From Felis catus (lineage: Eukaryota), in the NCBI RefSeq assembly GCF_018350175.1, contig NC_058383.1, positions 8,806,001-8,870,000 on the forward strand: DNA of 64,000 nt. The letters run 5' to 3'. A program made the position numbers and the translations under genes. Of this stretch, positions 12,611 to 25,659 are shown piece by piece. The stretch's first letter is position 1. Every line of letters starts with the position of its first letter. Below the pieces are notes generated by a model. That model had not been told where the DNA came from. It saw only the letters and a program-made list of their open reading frames with translations, and searched no databases.

Positions 12611-14460
12611 TGGCTTCCCTGTGGCATCACCAGACGGGAGAGTCTGGACTCCCAGAATGCTCCGAGGGCTCCCGCGGCACTGGCCTCGCCACCAGACTGC
12701 TGCTCTGTGACACTGATAGACGTCCCGGCCTCCTCTGGTCAGTGGGCGGTGGAAGGGGCTAGGCCTGTTGTCAGGAGACCCTGGGTTCCGGCCCCAGCTC
12801 TGTCACCGGTGGGGCCCCTCAGAGTCCCGTCCCTCAGCAGTAGCTGTGTGCTCACTAGTCAAACAAGCAGATTGGGCTGGATGACCATGGGCGGCATTGA
12901 GGAGCCTGCTCCCTTTTTGGCCTCTTCACTTTATCCCCCCCTTGCTTCCCAGAACCTGGATCCCCCATCCTGTGTGCCAGCTGGGCCCCTGCAGCCTGTT
13001 CGTGGAGTGGTCTCCAGGGAAGACACTCTGGGAGGAGGAGGAGGAGAGCCCCGGCCTCAGGCGCTCCGTTTCTGTGCTCGGGCCTGAGTTTCCTCACCAG
13101 TGGAATGAAGTAATGCCCGTAGAAAGTGCCTGCCGTGGTATCTGCACACGGACCCTCGGCAAATGGGGCTCGCGGTCACCACCACTGTTGCCTACCAGGC
13201 CCCTCCTCACGTCCTGCCTGGCCCGTCGGAAAACATGGTGGCCGAGTTCCCCCAGCCTGAGGTCTTTCCCAGCCCTGAAGGGCCCCCATCCTTTATCTGT
13301 GTTGACCTTATGAGAGTCGGTGTGTCTGTGCCTCTTGGTCCACGTCAGCACGCTGTGGCTGTGGGAGTCATCGTCCTAAGGGACTCGTAGCCAGTTACCC
13401 TGTGGGCGCTGCTAAGGCGGGGGTGAGGGGGGTGGGGTGCAGAAAGCTCCGAGCACATACTATTGCAGAGCTGTTGATGCCTTAACCTCTGGAGGTTCAT
13501 AACCGCCGAGCAGCTCTGCTGAAACCTAAACGCCACATGTGCGCAGGCCCATCTCCCGACGCGAGAGCAAGTCGTTCGCGTGTGGTCCCTGCCGGTCGCG
13601 CATCGAGGCGACTCAGACTCCAGGAGACATCTCACCCCGTGTGGCTTGGAAAATTTCAGGGCTCTCTGGGCTGTCGTGAAACAAATTAAGAGAGGTGCCA
13701 AACATCTGGGCACCAGCAAGGATGTCTAGGGCTCTGGTTTGGGGATATGGTAAAAAAAAAAAAAAAACTTTTTGGAACCAGCCTTAAGAATGAAAAGTTT
13801 CCTATAGGAGAGTAAGAGTGAGCGAGATAATTGAACTCATTGATTTCCTTCACGGCCTGTTTGCCCTTTCATTCCCTTCCTGAGGTGCTGTTTGTTGAGG
13901 AATGTCTCCAATTGCCAGAAAGACAGTGGGGTGTCTCATATTTCCCCGTCAGCTCTCCTTTCAGCCAGAGCCGAGTTCCGAGGCGAGCCTGCGATATGAA
14001 TTTTTAATGCAGAACTTTATAGCTTCACTGTTGCAGCCTGGCTGCACTGCTCTCCTGAGCTTTCAGATTTAATGCTCTGATGAACAAGCAAAGACTCAGG
14101 GCATTCAGCATCAGTGAGAATTAACCCCCAAACGACCGCACGTGCGCCCTCTAATTTCCCTAAAGGTAAACCTAAAGGAATCGGGAGGGGGGGGCGGAGA
14201 ATGAAATGATGTGGTGTTTGGAAACTTCTCAAAATAGCCTGGAGCACTAAAGCAGCCTACTCTCAAAATTTTATCGGCTAGCATATATTTTTACCTTTTC
14301 ATTTATCTTTTCAACGTTTGTCCTCGCTTTGATGGACTTCTGCGCGCTTCTCGACCCTTAAGAAAGCTGTACGATTTTTAGGATTTACCGAGCAGAAAGA
14401 TTACTGGACACTCCCATTTTTCCCTGGGAAGCACAAGTGTAGTTAGAAATCCAGAATCCG

Positions 14461-14606
14461 GGGGCACGTGGGTGGCTCAGTCTGTTAAGGGTCCAACTGT
14501 TGATTTCAGCTCTGGTCTTGATCTCAGGGTTGTGAGTTCAAGCCCTGTGTTGGACTCCACTCTGGGCATGAAGCCTACTAAAAAAAAAAAAAAAAAAAAA
14601 AAAAAG
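14461..14606 (+). mobile_element. Short CanSINE without (CT)n tract
   Basis: ggggcacgtgggtggctcagtctgttaag...gagttcaagccc...gcctact followed by a long A run. Confidence 0.9.
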
Positions 14607-14829
14607 AAAGGAAGGAAGGAATTAACCATCAATAATGGAAAAAAGTACCACTTACATCAAATGGTCAGTTCTGTGTGTAGGCATATGATTGTTTTGTTTT
14701 TTGGTTGTTTTTTTTTTTTTTTTTTTTTTTTTTTTGTTGGTAGCTCTGTATATTAGTGAAAGTTTTGAAATTAAGGATTTGTTTTAGAAAACGCTGTCTG
14801 TAAAAGTTGCATGAGTTTAAAGAAGTTAG

Positions 14830-15190
14830 AGAAGGGTGGAGTTTTCAGTAGGTGGTGTCAGAATAATTGGCTAACTATGTAAAAGACAAGAGTCAGAGCT
14901 GAGCCCCATCTAGAATCAAGTCTAGATGTTTTGAATATGTGAGTGTAAAAAAAACATAAAAATACTAGGAGAAACTTTAGATGGCTACTTACATGATGTG
15001 GGGGTGGGAAAAACCTTTCGAAGCATGAGGCCAAAGGTGGAAATCAGGGAAATTCACAGCTTTCTGTGAATTGGTTGATTGATAAAGTGACAAAAAATAT
15101 TTGCATTCTCTATGACAGATATCTATCTATATATAAAGAGTCCTGACGGAGCAATAAGAAAAAGTTGAGAACCCCAGTAGAGAAAGCTCT
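14830..15190 (+). mobile_element. Ancient L1 ORF2 3' fragment
   Basis: aaaacataaaaatactaggagaaac...gggtgggaaaaacctttcgaagcatga resembles L1 consensus. Confidence 0.65.
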
Positions 15191-15194
15191 ATAT

Positions 15195-15870
15195 TTTCAG
15201 CTCCATCTCCTTTCCAGACAGTTCTTTCATGGGCATCTCAAATTCAAGTGACCTCACTGTCCGTGACTTCCCTGCAGACAGCTTTTCTTCCCACTTAAGG
15301 CAAACAGGGTCTTCCTTTATTCCAGAGACAGAGGGTCCTTCCTGCCTCTTACCATCCCTGCTGTCTAATCCATATTAATTCCACCTCCTTGAGACATTCT
15401 GCATCCATCCCTCCCTTTTCACTCTAATCATTTGGCTCTTTTCGTCTCTTGGCCCTGCTACATTAGTATCTTCCCAATGGATCTCCTTGCTGCCAATTTC
15501 TCCCTGGACTAATCCATCCTCCAAGTGTCTGCTGAAAGTATCTTCCTGAAATGGAAGTCTTATCCTGTTAAAATCTGTCCTCCTTAAAATCTTTCCATGG
15601 CTCTCTCTTGCCTCTGCTGAAAAATCATGACGTAGTGCGCGAGAGGCTTCGCGAGTCAGCCCGGCCTTCACCGCCTCATTTCATGCCGAATCTGATGATC
15701 ACTCCCCTCGTAGAATCTCGGGCCTTTCCAGGCTCACCATGCTCTGACATCCCAGCACATCGTCACCAGCCTTTCTTCAGAAGCAGATCCCTGCCCCTCC
15801 ACATCCCGTTCCTGTGCCCACACTTACCTGCACCAGCCTCTGCGTGCACGTTAAGAGGGATCTGGTCTCT
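15195..15870 (+). mobile_element. L2 fragment
   Basis: aatccatcctccaagtgtctgctgaaagtatcttcctgaaatggaagtcttatcctgt...cttaaaatctttccatggctc resembles the L2 3' region. Confidence 0.7.
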
Positions 15871-16014
15871 TCCGTTCCAGGGAGAGGATTCCGGTGGGAG
15901 GGGACCGTGAATTTGGACCCCCCCAGAAAACATACATCTTTATTTTCACTAACACCTGACTATGATGTAGCATTTCCTTCCCTTGCAAGTGAGGTCAACA
16001 AACCAGAAATAAGA

Positions 16015-16226
16015 GGGGTGCCTGGGTGGCTCAGTCGGTTAATCGTCCGACTTCGGCTCAGGTCATGATCTCAGGGTTTGTGAGTTCAAGCCCCACATCA
16101 GGCTTTGCGCTGACGGTGCAGAGCCCGCTTGGGATTCTGTCTCCCTCTCTCTCTCCCTCCCCGACTTGCATTCTCTCTCTCTTAAGGTGAATAAATAAAC
16201 TTTAAAAAAATTAATTAAAAAAAAAA
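16015..16226 (+). mobile_element. CanSINE
   Basis: ggggtgcctgggtggctcagtcggttaa head, (CT)n, aataaataaa and A tail. Confidence 0.95.
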
Positions 16227-17129
16227 GAATAGGAACCTGTGACTTGGTTGCAAGTGGAAATGATATTTTCCATCACATTACAATTGTTGTTGATCCTTCA
16301 AATAGCCCGTGGTTCTTAGAGCCACCACAAGATTCCTTATTTCATGCTTCGATAAAGAACGTTTGTTACTATCTCCTAAATTCAGGTATTGTTTTAAGTA
16401 CTATAGTAACTGCACTTCAAAATAAGTGTTTTCCTTAGTAAACATACATATTTTTAAAACATTCTTCTAGGAAGAGGTCCAAATGCTCTTACTAGACTTT
16501 CGGAGGGGACCACAGCACAAGAGAGGGTCAGCGTCCACATGAGACTGGCAGCATCCCGAGGGCCACGACTGGTGCCGCCTAGTGCTTTGCCCTAGAACTT
16601 CGCACAGTGCTTGCCACATTACGTGGGCTTTTAATAACAGTCTGTGTGGCTTTCATCAAACCCACCTCTCCCAGCCACGAAACAGTTGGGGCTGGAGGAG
16701 GTGTTGTCCGCATCCGTACACGCACAGTTCTGATTGTGCCTGACAGACCCTTCCTCTAGGGATGATGGATGCCTGCCTGCCCCCCTGGGTGTGCACCTCA
16801 CCTGCCCGGACCCCTGGGGGAAGAAGCAAGGTGGGGGTTAGCTTGCCTCGCACACCATTAGCATAACACGGGGCGTGAATGGAAGTGAGCCACAGTCAGA
16901 GAATGTGCATCAGAAAGTCTGCAGCTGATTTGCCTAACGAGGGGAAGGTGTAAATGTATTTTCATCTAAGCTAAAGGACCTTCCTCCTTTCATCAGAATG
17001 GAAGCATTACCCCTCACACGCCCATGTCAGGGGTTATTTTGAACATTGATCTACTCAGTAAGGATCTGCTGGGGTGCCTCCTGTGTGCTTGGCACTTACG
17101 GGCACAGGGAGCAGCCTCGGGGCTCAGTC

Positions 17130-17670
17130 TTTACACTTGCTCCCCGCGTCCCTGAGAGGTCCACTCCCCGCCATCACCTTAAGTCCCAGCCACACGCCGA
17201 TGACCCCCGCATTCGTGTTTCCGGCTCAGACCTCTCCCCTCCCCTCCAGGCTTGGCAGCCATCCTTAATAAAGACATCGCAGGCTTCACCCAGACAAAGT
17301 CAAACCTCCGATCTTCCCATCAAACCTGGCAAGACAGCCGCCGAAGGGATCCCGTCACTTTGCAAGTTGGCCATGGCCCTGCTCACAGAACCTGGAAAGG
17401 GCCTCCCGTCTCTCCAGGAATCAAAGGTGGTGGGTCCTTCCAGACCTGCAGCTCGCCACGCAGGCGGCCTTCTCCCCTCCTGGCAGTCTCTGTCCTCTCG
17501 TCCCTTTGCATTTCTCTCCTTCCGGCACTGCCTTTGTTTCCTGACTTGCCGACGGTCTCTCTCCTTGCTAGAATACAGGTTCTTTAGTCCTGTGATCTCA
17601 TTTGCTACTGTGTCCCCGGTGTCCCAGAACAAGGCCTGCTCGGTCCTCACAGAGGTTTTCGAGTGAATGA
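17130..17670 (+). mobile_element. L2 fragments (RT YADD-region relic and 3' end)
   Basis: cacgccgatgacccccgcattcgtgtttccggctcagacctctcccct resembles the L2 YADD segment; the region ends in an L2-like tail (gagtgaatga). Confidence 0.6.
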
Positions 17671-18169
17671 CAGCAAAGCCTCTGCTCTCCTGGAGGCCAT
17701 CTCCAAGCAGATTGCCACGTAGTGAAAGTTTGGGTGGGGTCAAGTGCCAAGTGCTGCTGAGAAAATTAAAGCAAGTTAAGGAAGGCGGACGGCAGGGAGA
17801 GAGCCCGCCGGCTTCCACTGATGGCCAGGGAAAGCCGCTTGGTTGCCAATGAAATGTAAAAGCCCGGAGCGGGGGCTCCATTCTGTGTGTGTATCACGTC
17901 CACCCCCTGTGTGCTTCACTTGTTACTTGTCTTTTAATGTGGACATTTATGCAGAGATGACTTAAATGGGCGTCCTTCGACCCGGCCCCCACATGAGGAG
18001 GCTCATGCTGAAAGGTAGAACTCCCCTAATACATTCAGATCAGAAAATACAGGGCAGGTCCAGGTGTCTCCTAGAAGGACAGGAATGTACGGTGGGAGGG
18101 AGGAGTGGAACACGTCTGTGCCTTCGATGCTGTGTAAGATCGTCGACCTAGCTCTACCCCAACTCCAGA

Positions 18170-18370
18170 CACGTTGGAATTCAGTGCCCTGCCCCTCATC
18201 ACGCAGGTCCTGGACCCCTGACCTTGACTAAGGTTCCTCGGAGGCGTGGTTAAACATGCAGCTTCCTGGGCCGCATCCCGTAGTTCTGACTCAGTGGGTC
18301 TGGGATGGGACCCACAGCTCTGCGGCCCTCCCACACACGTGGCATCTGGTGACCACACTCTGGAAAACTC
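18170..18370. mobile_element. MER5-like hAT-Charlie fossil
   Basis: ttaaacatgcagcttcctgggccgcatccc...ttctgactcagtgggtctgggatgggaccca is a MER5 hallmark. Confidence 0.7.
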
Positions 18371-20599
18371 CAAGCCAGTCATTCTGGCTTAATTGTCATT
18401 TTGGGTTTGAGGAAAGAGTTGTCCAAATAACGATAAGGGAACCGTGGTGTCTCCTCCGGAGCCCCTCGTCTGTGCCCAGGGCTCGGGCGCTTCCCTCCCC
18501 GGGCCCGCACCGTGTCAGACTCGGGTGTCTGGTCGTCCCATCCGCCGTACCGGACCAGGAGCTCCTTGAGGGCTCGCGTCTGGGTTCCGAGGGTCTGTGA
18601 CCGTGTCTGGCACCCAGTGAGATGTCCATCATCGTTTGGATAATCCATGAGCTGATGTTCCCAGGAGGAGCAGACACTTCTCCACATCATTTCGTGGCCT
18701 CGCCCTTAGGATTCTCCTAGTCACAGAGTCCCCGTACTGGAAGGTCTAAAGATGCGTGGAACATTAGCACAGCGTGAGAGCCAGCACGGGGGAGGGGCAC
18801 ACACGTGGGTGATGGCCACGGCTGGCTCTGTGATGGGCGGTCGGCTCCGTGAGGCTCCGCCGTGCCATCTCTGGCAGTCCTTCGCGCTTCTCCCACTGGG
18901 GAGTCCCAATGCCAAGTGCAAAAGTAGCAAAGTAGCTTTTGTGATTCATAATTCTTAGGACGCACAGCCAGGTCGTAGGTTCGAGCCTGGCGGCGGAGTT
19001 CACTCGGCGGCCTGTGACAGCCCCAGGGTCCTCGTGACGCCCGAGCGCTATGAGGGGCTGGTCGGGGCGGGACGTGTTGCAGGCAGCAGAAACTCTTCTG
19101 CTTCTGGTCTTCTGGAACGTATGTGCGCTCTGCTTGCTAAGTTAGTCTTCTGTTACTCAACGAACGCAGAAGCCCCTTCTGCACTGCTGTGGGGAGATCG
19201 CCAACATACGTAATTAAGTGGAAAGCGCAAGGTTCAGAACCTCGCTCTTTTAATGTGCTCTGTGCGCTTGTAAATTCAAACACTGGCTCTAAAGGGGGAC
19301 CTGGGGGTAGGGAGAGAGGCACTTTTGAGGGGGATCTGGGGGCAGGGAGAGAGGCACTTTTGACCGTACCCTTTTCTGAGTTTTGAGCCTCCAGTTGAAT
19401 GAGAACCTATCTGGTCAGTCCTTCTGTACCCGTCAGGGCCTGCCGCTTGGCAGGCCGGACCCACGTTTAACCCCATCTCTGTCCAGCTTCGAGTCCATCA
19501 CCAGGATAAACGAAAAAGGACTTTGGAACCCCCTGTGTGAACGTGTGTATCTTTCAAGCAGTTCGTACTTCTCTGCCGAAAGCTTAGTTAAACGTGCCCG
19601 GCAGACCCTGTGGAGCGGAGGCCCGAGCACGCGCGGCCCAAATCTGGGGGCTCACCCGGTTCTACTTGCCGGTGAACAGCAGGCACTCCGCCGTGGCCTG
19701 GGTTCCGTGGCCCGTGAATGGGTCTGCCTCCACGTGAGCTCCCAGGAGTTAACTGGCGTAAAGTGTCCGGTGGTCCCTCTGCCAGGGTTCAGGCAACAGT
19801 AGCGGCCGCCATCATTGCTAACATGTCTGACTTGCACCGGGCCCGTCTCTGTTGTTGGCAGTGAAATAACTAGCCCTCTTAACCGTAAGAGATAAAACCC
19901 GAGACGTGTTTTGTCTCCGCCTAACCAGTTTTCTTCTCGAAAACAGACACTTGGACGCATCGCAGATGCCCACGGCAGCGGGCACGCGCGTACAACCGGG
20001 CGGGCTCAGGACATTCCACTTGGTGTCTGTCCTTTGTTCCTTTGGCTTCACATCATTTCCAGTTTCTGTAACACCTCATCTGCCCATCTGTCATTTCGAT
20101 GGCAAATTTTTATTTTCTTCTCTCGACGCATCAGGGCTTACGTACCCGGGCCCGAGTTGCGAGCATCTCGGTTTGGGGTTTTCACAGTGACTTTTTGTTT
20201 AGAAAAACAGCTCCTTAAAATACGTTTCGGAAAGAGAGACCATCAGAGGGAAAGAGATGCCGTTTTACGCTTTCATAGGATGTCGCTCAGCAGAGGAAGG
20301 GACCGCTGGCGCGGCTAAGTTTTCTCCCCTCCCCACCCCCAGCCCAAATTTCCGAGGTGTAAGCCCAGAGCTCCAGTCGGGCCCGGGGAACGAACACAAC
20401 TTGACTCAGACCTCCTGTGCCAAATCCAGAAGATGAGAGGTGGGCTACAGTGATTCCCACCTCCTCCCTGCCCGCTAGGTGGGACCTCGCACGTGTCGAG
20501 CTTTCTATGTGGTAGCACGGAAGTCAGCACATTCCGTCTCCTCGTTGACTCCGTTTCGTTCTATCCCAAGAACATGACTACGGTGGGAACAGGGGGGTG

Positions 20600-22200
20600 A
20601 TTCTACAGGTATTCTGGATTTTAATTACTCACATTTGTAGAGACTTTTACTTAGTAATTGATGTTCTTTTATTTCAGTTTTAGTGATTTCAGTGTCCAGA
20701 GGTATTATATCTAGTTTATATGAGATGGGTCCCATCAAGCTTATCGTTAATCGTTTTCAGTGTGGTTTCAATAATAGAAACTGCGCTTTCCTTTCTAGTC
20801 CATTTTCTGAGTATCATTTTATGACTTATTATATCTTCCACCTCTTTGGAATTTGTTCTAGAATATGAGGGTGAGATGCGTGTCTATTTATTGTTCTTCA
20901 TGTGAATATCCAGTTTATTCAATAGTGTGGACGATCCCTTCACCCAGTATTTAACTCTGGGCAAATCAGGGGTAAATTGCATACGTATCTGGACTCCCGT
21001 GTGGAATGGCGTTCTGTTGATCTAACTTTTCATTCTAGTAAGCACCATGCTGTTTGCTAATGTCTCTCTGTTTTCTATTTTGATATCCTGTACACCGAGT
21101 TTGCTGTTGTTGGAATTTTTTTGTTCTTTTTTTTTGTTTTGTTTTGGTTAGTTTTTGGTTTTTGGTTTAAAAAAACCTTTGGTATTTCGATCGCCTGATT
21201 TTTCTGTACACATCTTGTCATTTCACCAAGTTTTCTAAATCAGCTTGGCTGCTGAATTTATGTTTATTTACCTTTAATGCAACTGCAAGTTAAGAAGCGT
21301 TGTCATTAACTTTGCCATTAGCCTTTTGTGATTCGATTTTCTGCAAGTGGAATTTATACCATGTTATTTTAATTCCCACGTGTTTAATACCTGTATCCCT
21401 GTTGTAGACGAGATAGAGCTTTCGTCTTCTGGATGCTTCTTATTGGTACGTGGGAGTTTCATCTTTCGTGTGTGCGTGTCTTTACCAAAAACCACGGGGT
21501 TCTGCTGAATTCCTGGGTTATCTCTGCTCATTTACTCAAGTGAATCCCTTAGATTTGGTGAGCAGGTGACTGTGTTACCCACAGACGGGGAATTTGCATC
21601 CTTTTGTGAGAACCGGTTCATCTGATCCTCCTGGAGCCTCTTGGTTCCGAGGATCTGTCCTGATCACGCTAGACAATCTCGAGACTTCCCCATTTCAACT
21701 CAACCGTGACCTGGTTTTCAGGCTCCACGTGATAGGAACCCCCGAACTGTGCCATAGGCTCCGAGTGGCGTAGGACAAACTCCAGTAGGATTATGTTCTG
21801 TGTACTGTGTCTCTTTCCATTTTTATATTACATATTTTATAGATTTTCCTGCCTCCGGACTTAAGACAAGTGCAAGCTTGTTGTGTTTTATTATTTACTG
21901 TGCCTTTTAGTGTGACTTACTTGTCTGGAAAGTTATTTTCTGCATAGCATATTGGCTGCTGTGGTTCAAAACCATACCTGGGCCTTTTAAAGACATCTCG
22001 TCAAGGTTCACCTTCTGCCTCCAAGTGGCTTTCTACTGCATTTTGTTAGATTTGGCGTTTTCTTCAAATACGTATTTTACGTTTATAGGTGAATTTGGCC
22101 TGGTTCCATTTGCTGATGTGACCCTTCTTTTAACATTTTCCTTTATTGTGGATGCTGGACTTTTCTCCAATCCTTAGTATCTGTCATATACTCTCTGATC
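20600..22200 (-). mobile_element. Ancient L1 ORF2 fragment, antisense
   Basis: T-rich 1.6 kb block with ttcttcatgtgaatatccagttt, tatctggactc and gcaccatgctgttt. Confidence 0.65.
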
Positions 22201-22356
22201 TATTTAAGGAAGAGGGCCAGGAAGCTTAATCGACTCCTGGAGTGTCCCCAGTCCTCCGGCCCAGCCCACTCTGTGTCTCCTTTTCTTACTGGAATCTTCT
22301 GTCAGATGCAGAACCATGGAGCCCTTCTGAAACCTTTAAAAAAAGAGCATCCATTT

Positions 22357-22377
22357 TTTTTTTAATGTTTATTTATG

Positions 22378-22415
<38 letters not shown>

Positions 22416-22583
22416 CGTGAGTGGGGGAGGGGCAGAGAGAGAGGGAGAAACAGAATCCGAAGCAGGCTCCAGGCTCTGAGCTGTCAGCCCAGGGCCCGAC
22501 ACGGGGCTCAAACTCACGAACTGTTGAGATCGTGACCTGAGCCAAAGTCGGACACTTGCCTGACTGAGCCACCCAGGTGCCCC
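22357..22583 (-). mobile_element. CanSINE (SINEC_Fc type)
   Basis: Full length with exact TSD AGCATCCATTT at 22346-22356 and 22584-22594. Confidence 0.97.
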
Positions 22584-22845
22584 AGCATCCATTTGGTTTT
22601 GATTCTCTTACCAGACTGTGCGTAATTACGTGACACATCACACATAGCAGCAAGTGACAGCACACTGCGTTAACCTTTGCCGCTCCCCCTGCAATGAGGC
22701 TCACTCTTGGATGCGGTACTCTTGAGCCTACAGACTCCAGCTGTGAATTCTTCCAAGTTATTTGGATTTTCCAGAGATTACCTGCTATCTTCACAAAGCA
22801 GTGCTATGTAGCAGGATTATTGACTAGAAATAAAAATCCTTTTTC

Positions 22846-23058
22846 TTTTTTTAAGTTCATTTATTTTGAGAGAGAAAGACCGTGCGCGCGCACGAGCAGG
22901 AGAGGGCAGAGAGAGAGGATCCCAAACAGGCTTCCCACTGTCAGCACGGGGCTCGAACCCACAACCAGTGACATGCAGGGCTCGAACCCACAAACTATGC
23001 GATCATGACGTGAGATCAAGAGTTGGGCACTTAACCGCCTGGGCCTCCCAGGCGCCCC
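22846..23058 (-). mobile_element. CanSINE with internal duplication of the B-box segment
   Basis: Antisense body containing gggctcgaacccacaa twice. Confidence 0.9.
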
Positions 23059-23342
23059 TTTTGAGTCATCATTGATTAAGGAATCTCTACATCCGACATG
23101 GGACTCAAATTCACGGCCCCAAGAGGCACCTGGGTGGCTCAGTTGGGTAAGCGTCTGACTTCGGCTCAGGTCATGATCTCACAGTTCATGGGTTTGAACC
23201 CCACGTCGGGCTCTGTGCTGAGAGCTCAGTCTAGATCCGCTTCCGATTCTGTGTATCTCTCTTTCTCTCTCTCAAAAATAAATAAACATTAAAAAAATTA
23301 AACAAGTTGCGTGCTTCTCGGACCGAGCCAGCCAGGTGCCCC
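23059..23342 (-). mobile_element. Older short CanSINE split by a younger sense SINE
   Basis: Halves tctctacatccgacatgggactcaaattcacggcccc and agttgcgtgcttctcggaccgagccagccaggtgcccc join into one element. Confidence 0.85.
23123..23302 (+). mobile_element. CanSINE (SINEC_Fc type), nested insert
   Basis: ggcacctgggtggctcagttgggtaag...aaaataaataaacattaaaaaaa. Confidence 0.93.
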
Positions 23343-25441
23343 AATAAGAATCCTTTGTTCTCTAGCTCGTGGTAAGTACTTTTCACAGACTTGAAGCATG
23401 CCAGGCAGATGCCAATGGGTGACAGACATAGACAGATAGGCTCTTACCATTAACATTGTTTTCACTTTCACTAAACTCAGGGGTTTATCATCTGGGTACT
23501 CAGGGTCCTTCTCAGAAGGGTTGAACCTGGGGAGCCCCCTACCCTGTCATTTGAAAAGCTACCAAATCCAATTTCCTGTCCGGAATTACAATGGCATTGT
23601 ACATCAGCGATCACAAGCATAGCTGGGCCGAAAGGCAGCTTTTTGCTGCCCATGTCTTCCTGATGGCAGGGCCTCGAGATAACATCAGCTGAGGTTTTCC
23701 AACCATGAGCATGTGAAAGAGGGTTTGGCTTGGCTAATAAGCATCCCTTCCAAAATCAATTCTATAATAAGACCGGGAAGGTTGTTTGTGTAACGCAAAA
23801 TTGTCATCATACCTACCTCCAAAAAGGATTGCAAGTGGCTTTAACACAACCCACAGAATCACTGAGGCTCTGAGGGTGGACCCTGGGAGTTCAAGGGTAA
23901 AGCTCTATGGGGAAGATACTTTTAAGGCTCGGATTTGAATAAAAAGGCTCGACTATTCAGTAACCCGACGTGACTAAGACATTCCATACATAGGGTTTTT
24001 AAAGAGTTCCGTATTACTGTGACTGATGTACTGTTTGCTTGGCTACGAGGGAAAACTTTATGTTGCAATTAACCTTTCTATTTTTTTCCCCCGCGTCTAA
24101 GTATTGTGAACTTCCTTTGTGGTATTTTAGTGATTAGACAGGATGGAGGGTGTTCTTAAAGATTCATGGCCAAGTCCGATGATGTCAGAATGAAGGGAAG
24201 GGACGGTCTTCGTGGGGCCAGCAAGTCTGGCCCCGTCTGAATTGTTTGTCTAACACTTCACAAGGAGAATAGGAACCGCTGAATTATTCATTTTCAAGTT
24301 GCCCTAAAAAAGGCACTTACGCTGCCGAAATGCAGACTTTTGGTGCCAGCGAGAGGAAGAGGAAGGATGCAGTCTTTCCTGAGTGTGCTGCGGCCTCGAG
24401 TTTCACTTCCCAGCCCCGCAGGGCGCAGGGCGGAGGCAACCGCCAGCTGGCTGGAGTGCGGGCCACTCGAGGGGGAGGGGGGAGGGGACAAACACCGGAG
24501 GGGCCTCCGCAGCCTCCAGTGGAGCTGAGTGTTGGATTTGCTGGGGAAAGACCAGGGGGCCAGGAAGGTTTGCAAGGAGGCCCGGGCCTGAGATGGGCCT
24601 GGGGAAGTTGCCTCGGCCTTGGGCTTGGAGGTGAGGAGGGGGAGGGAGCCGAGAGTAAGAACCGGGGTGCAACTGGAGATCTTTTTTATTCTTAGTTTTA
24701 GCTTCTCTGCCACCAAGCCTTCTCTTAGCGTTTCCTACCAGGTAGTACTTAGGGGAGAGGAGGGGTCATTAGGATCCGTTACACTGAGGAATGAAAGCAG
24801 GGCTCTTGCCCTAGGCCGGCCGCTCACCGGCCAGCTCCTCTGTCACTCCTCCACCCTGGGCCTCAGTTTCCCCACCTGGGAAGTACGAGCAGTTTTCTCC
24901 TGTAGGCCTGTGGTTCCCACTGACCGCGCATGCCCTGTACGCGGAGACGGGGGAAGCAGGGGCGGTGGCAGGAATCCGATGATTCTCTGGAGCAGTCCCT
25001 CGCTTGGCCAGCACCTGTCGGTGGTAGGCAGGGCACCTGCAGGTCAAGTAAACAGGGAAAGAGAAACAAAATCTGCCGGGCGGTTCTAGAAGAGCCAGGC
25101 TCAAATGGGGGAAGCGGTGCTCCGGCTGCTGGAAAGGTGCCCTGACAGATTCCACGCTGAATAGTGCAGAAGACATTTAAAATGTGTATGTGAAAAGTGA
25201 CGTAACAGCGGGCCCTCCCCAAACATTTTTTTAAAAGTCTGAAAGCAAACAGGCAGCAACCTGGGTCCTCAGTGCTGCCGGGATGGTCTCTACCGAAGGG
25301 CCCTCGTACTGATGGTGCCGCTCCTGGGGGGCAGGGGCGCTCAGTGAGCCGTGCGGGGTGCGTGGGACGGGGGCGTCCCCCCCCAGAATTCGTTGTCCTC
25401 CCGTTCTCTGTTCTCGGCAGTCTTTTTTCTGTATCAAAGAC

Positions 25442-25545
25442 AAAATATATAAATCTTTTTTATATATAAAATATATAAATCTTTTTTATATATAAAATAT
25501 ATATATATCTATATTTATATTTATATATAAAATATATATATCTTT
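25442..25545. repeat. AT-rich (TA)n low-complexity tandem repeat
   Basis: 26-bp unit aaaatatataaatcttttttatatat twice, then degenerate copies. Confidence 0.9.
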
Positions 25546-25650
25546 TTTTAAGATTTTATATATTTTTTAAGTAACCTCTTCTCCCAACACGGGGCTCGAA
25601 CTCACGACCAAGAGTTGCACACTCCGCCCACTGAGCCAGCAAGACGCCCC
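25544..25650 (-). mobile_element. Older short CanSINE
   Basis: ggggctcgaactcacgaccaagagttgcacactccgcccactgagccagcaagacgcccc. Confidence 0.88.
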
Positions 25651-25659
25651 TAGACTCTT

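Noticed and set aside
15880..16540. Possible Charlie-type DNA transposon around the 16015 SINE
   Set aside because: Some resemblance, but I could not define termini or family with enough confidence.
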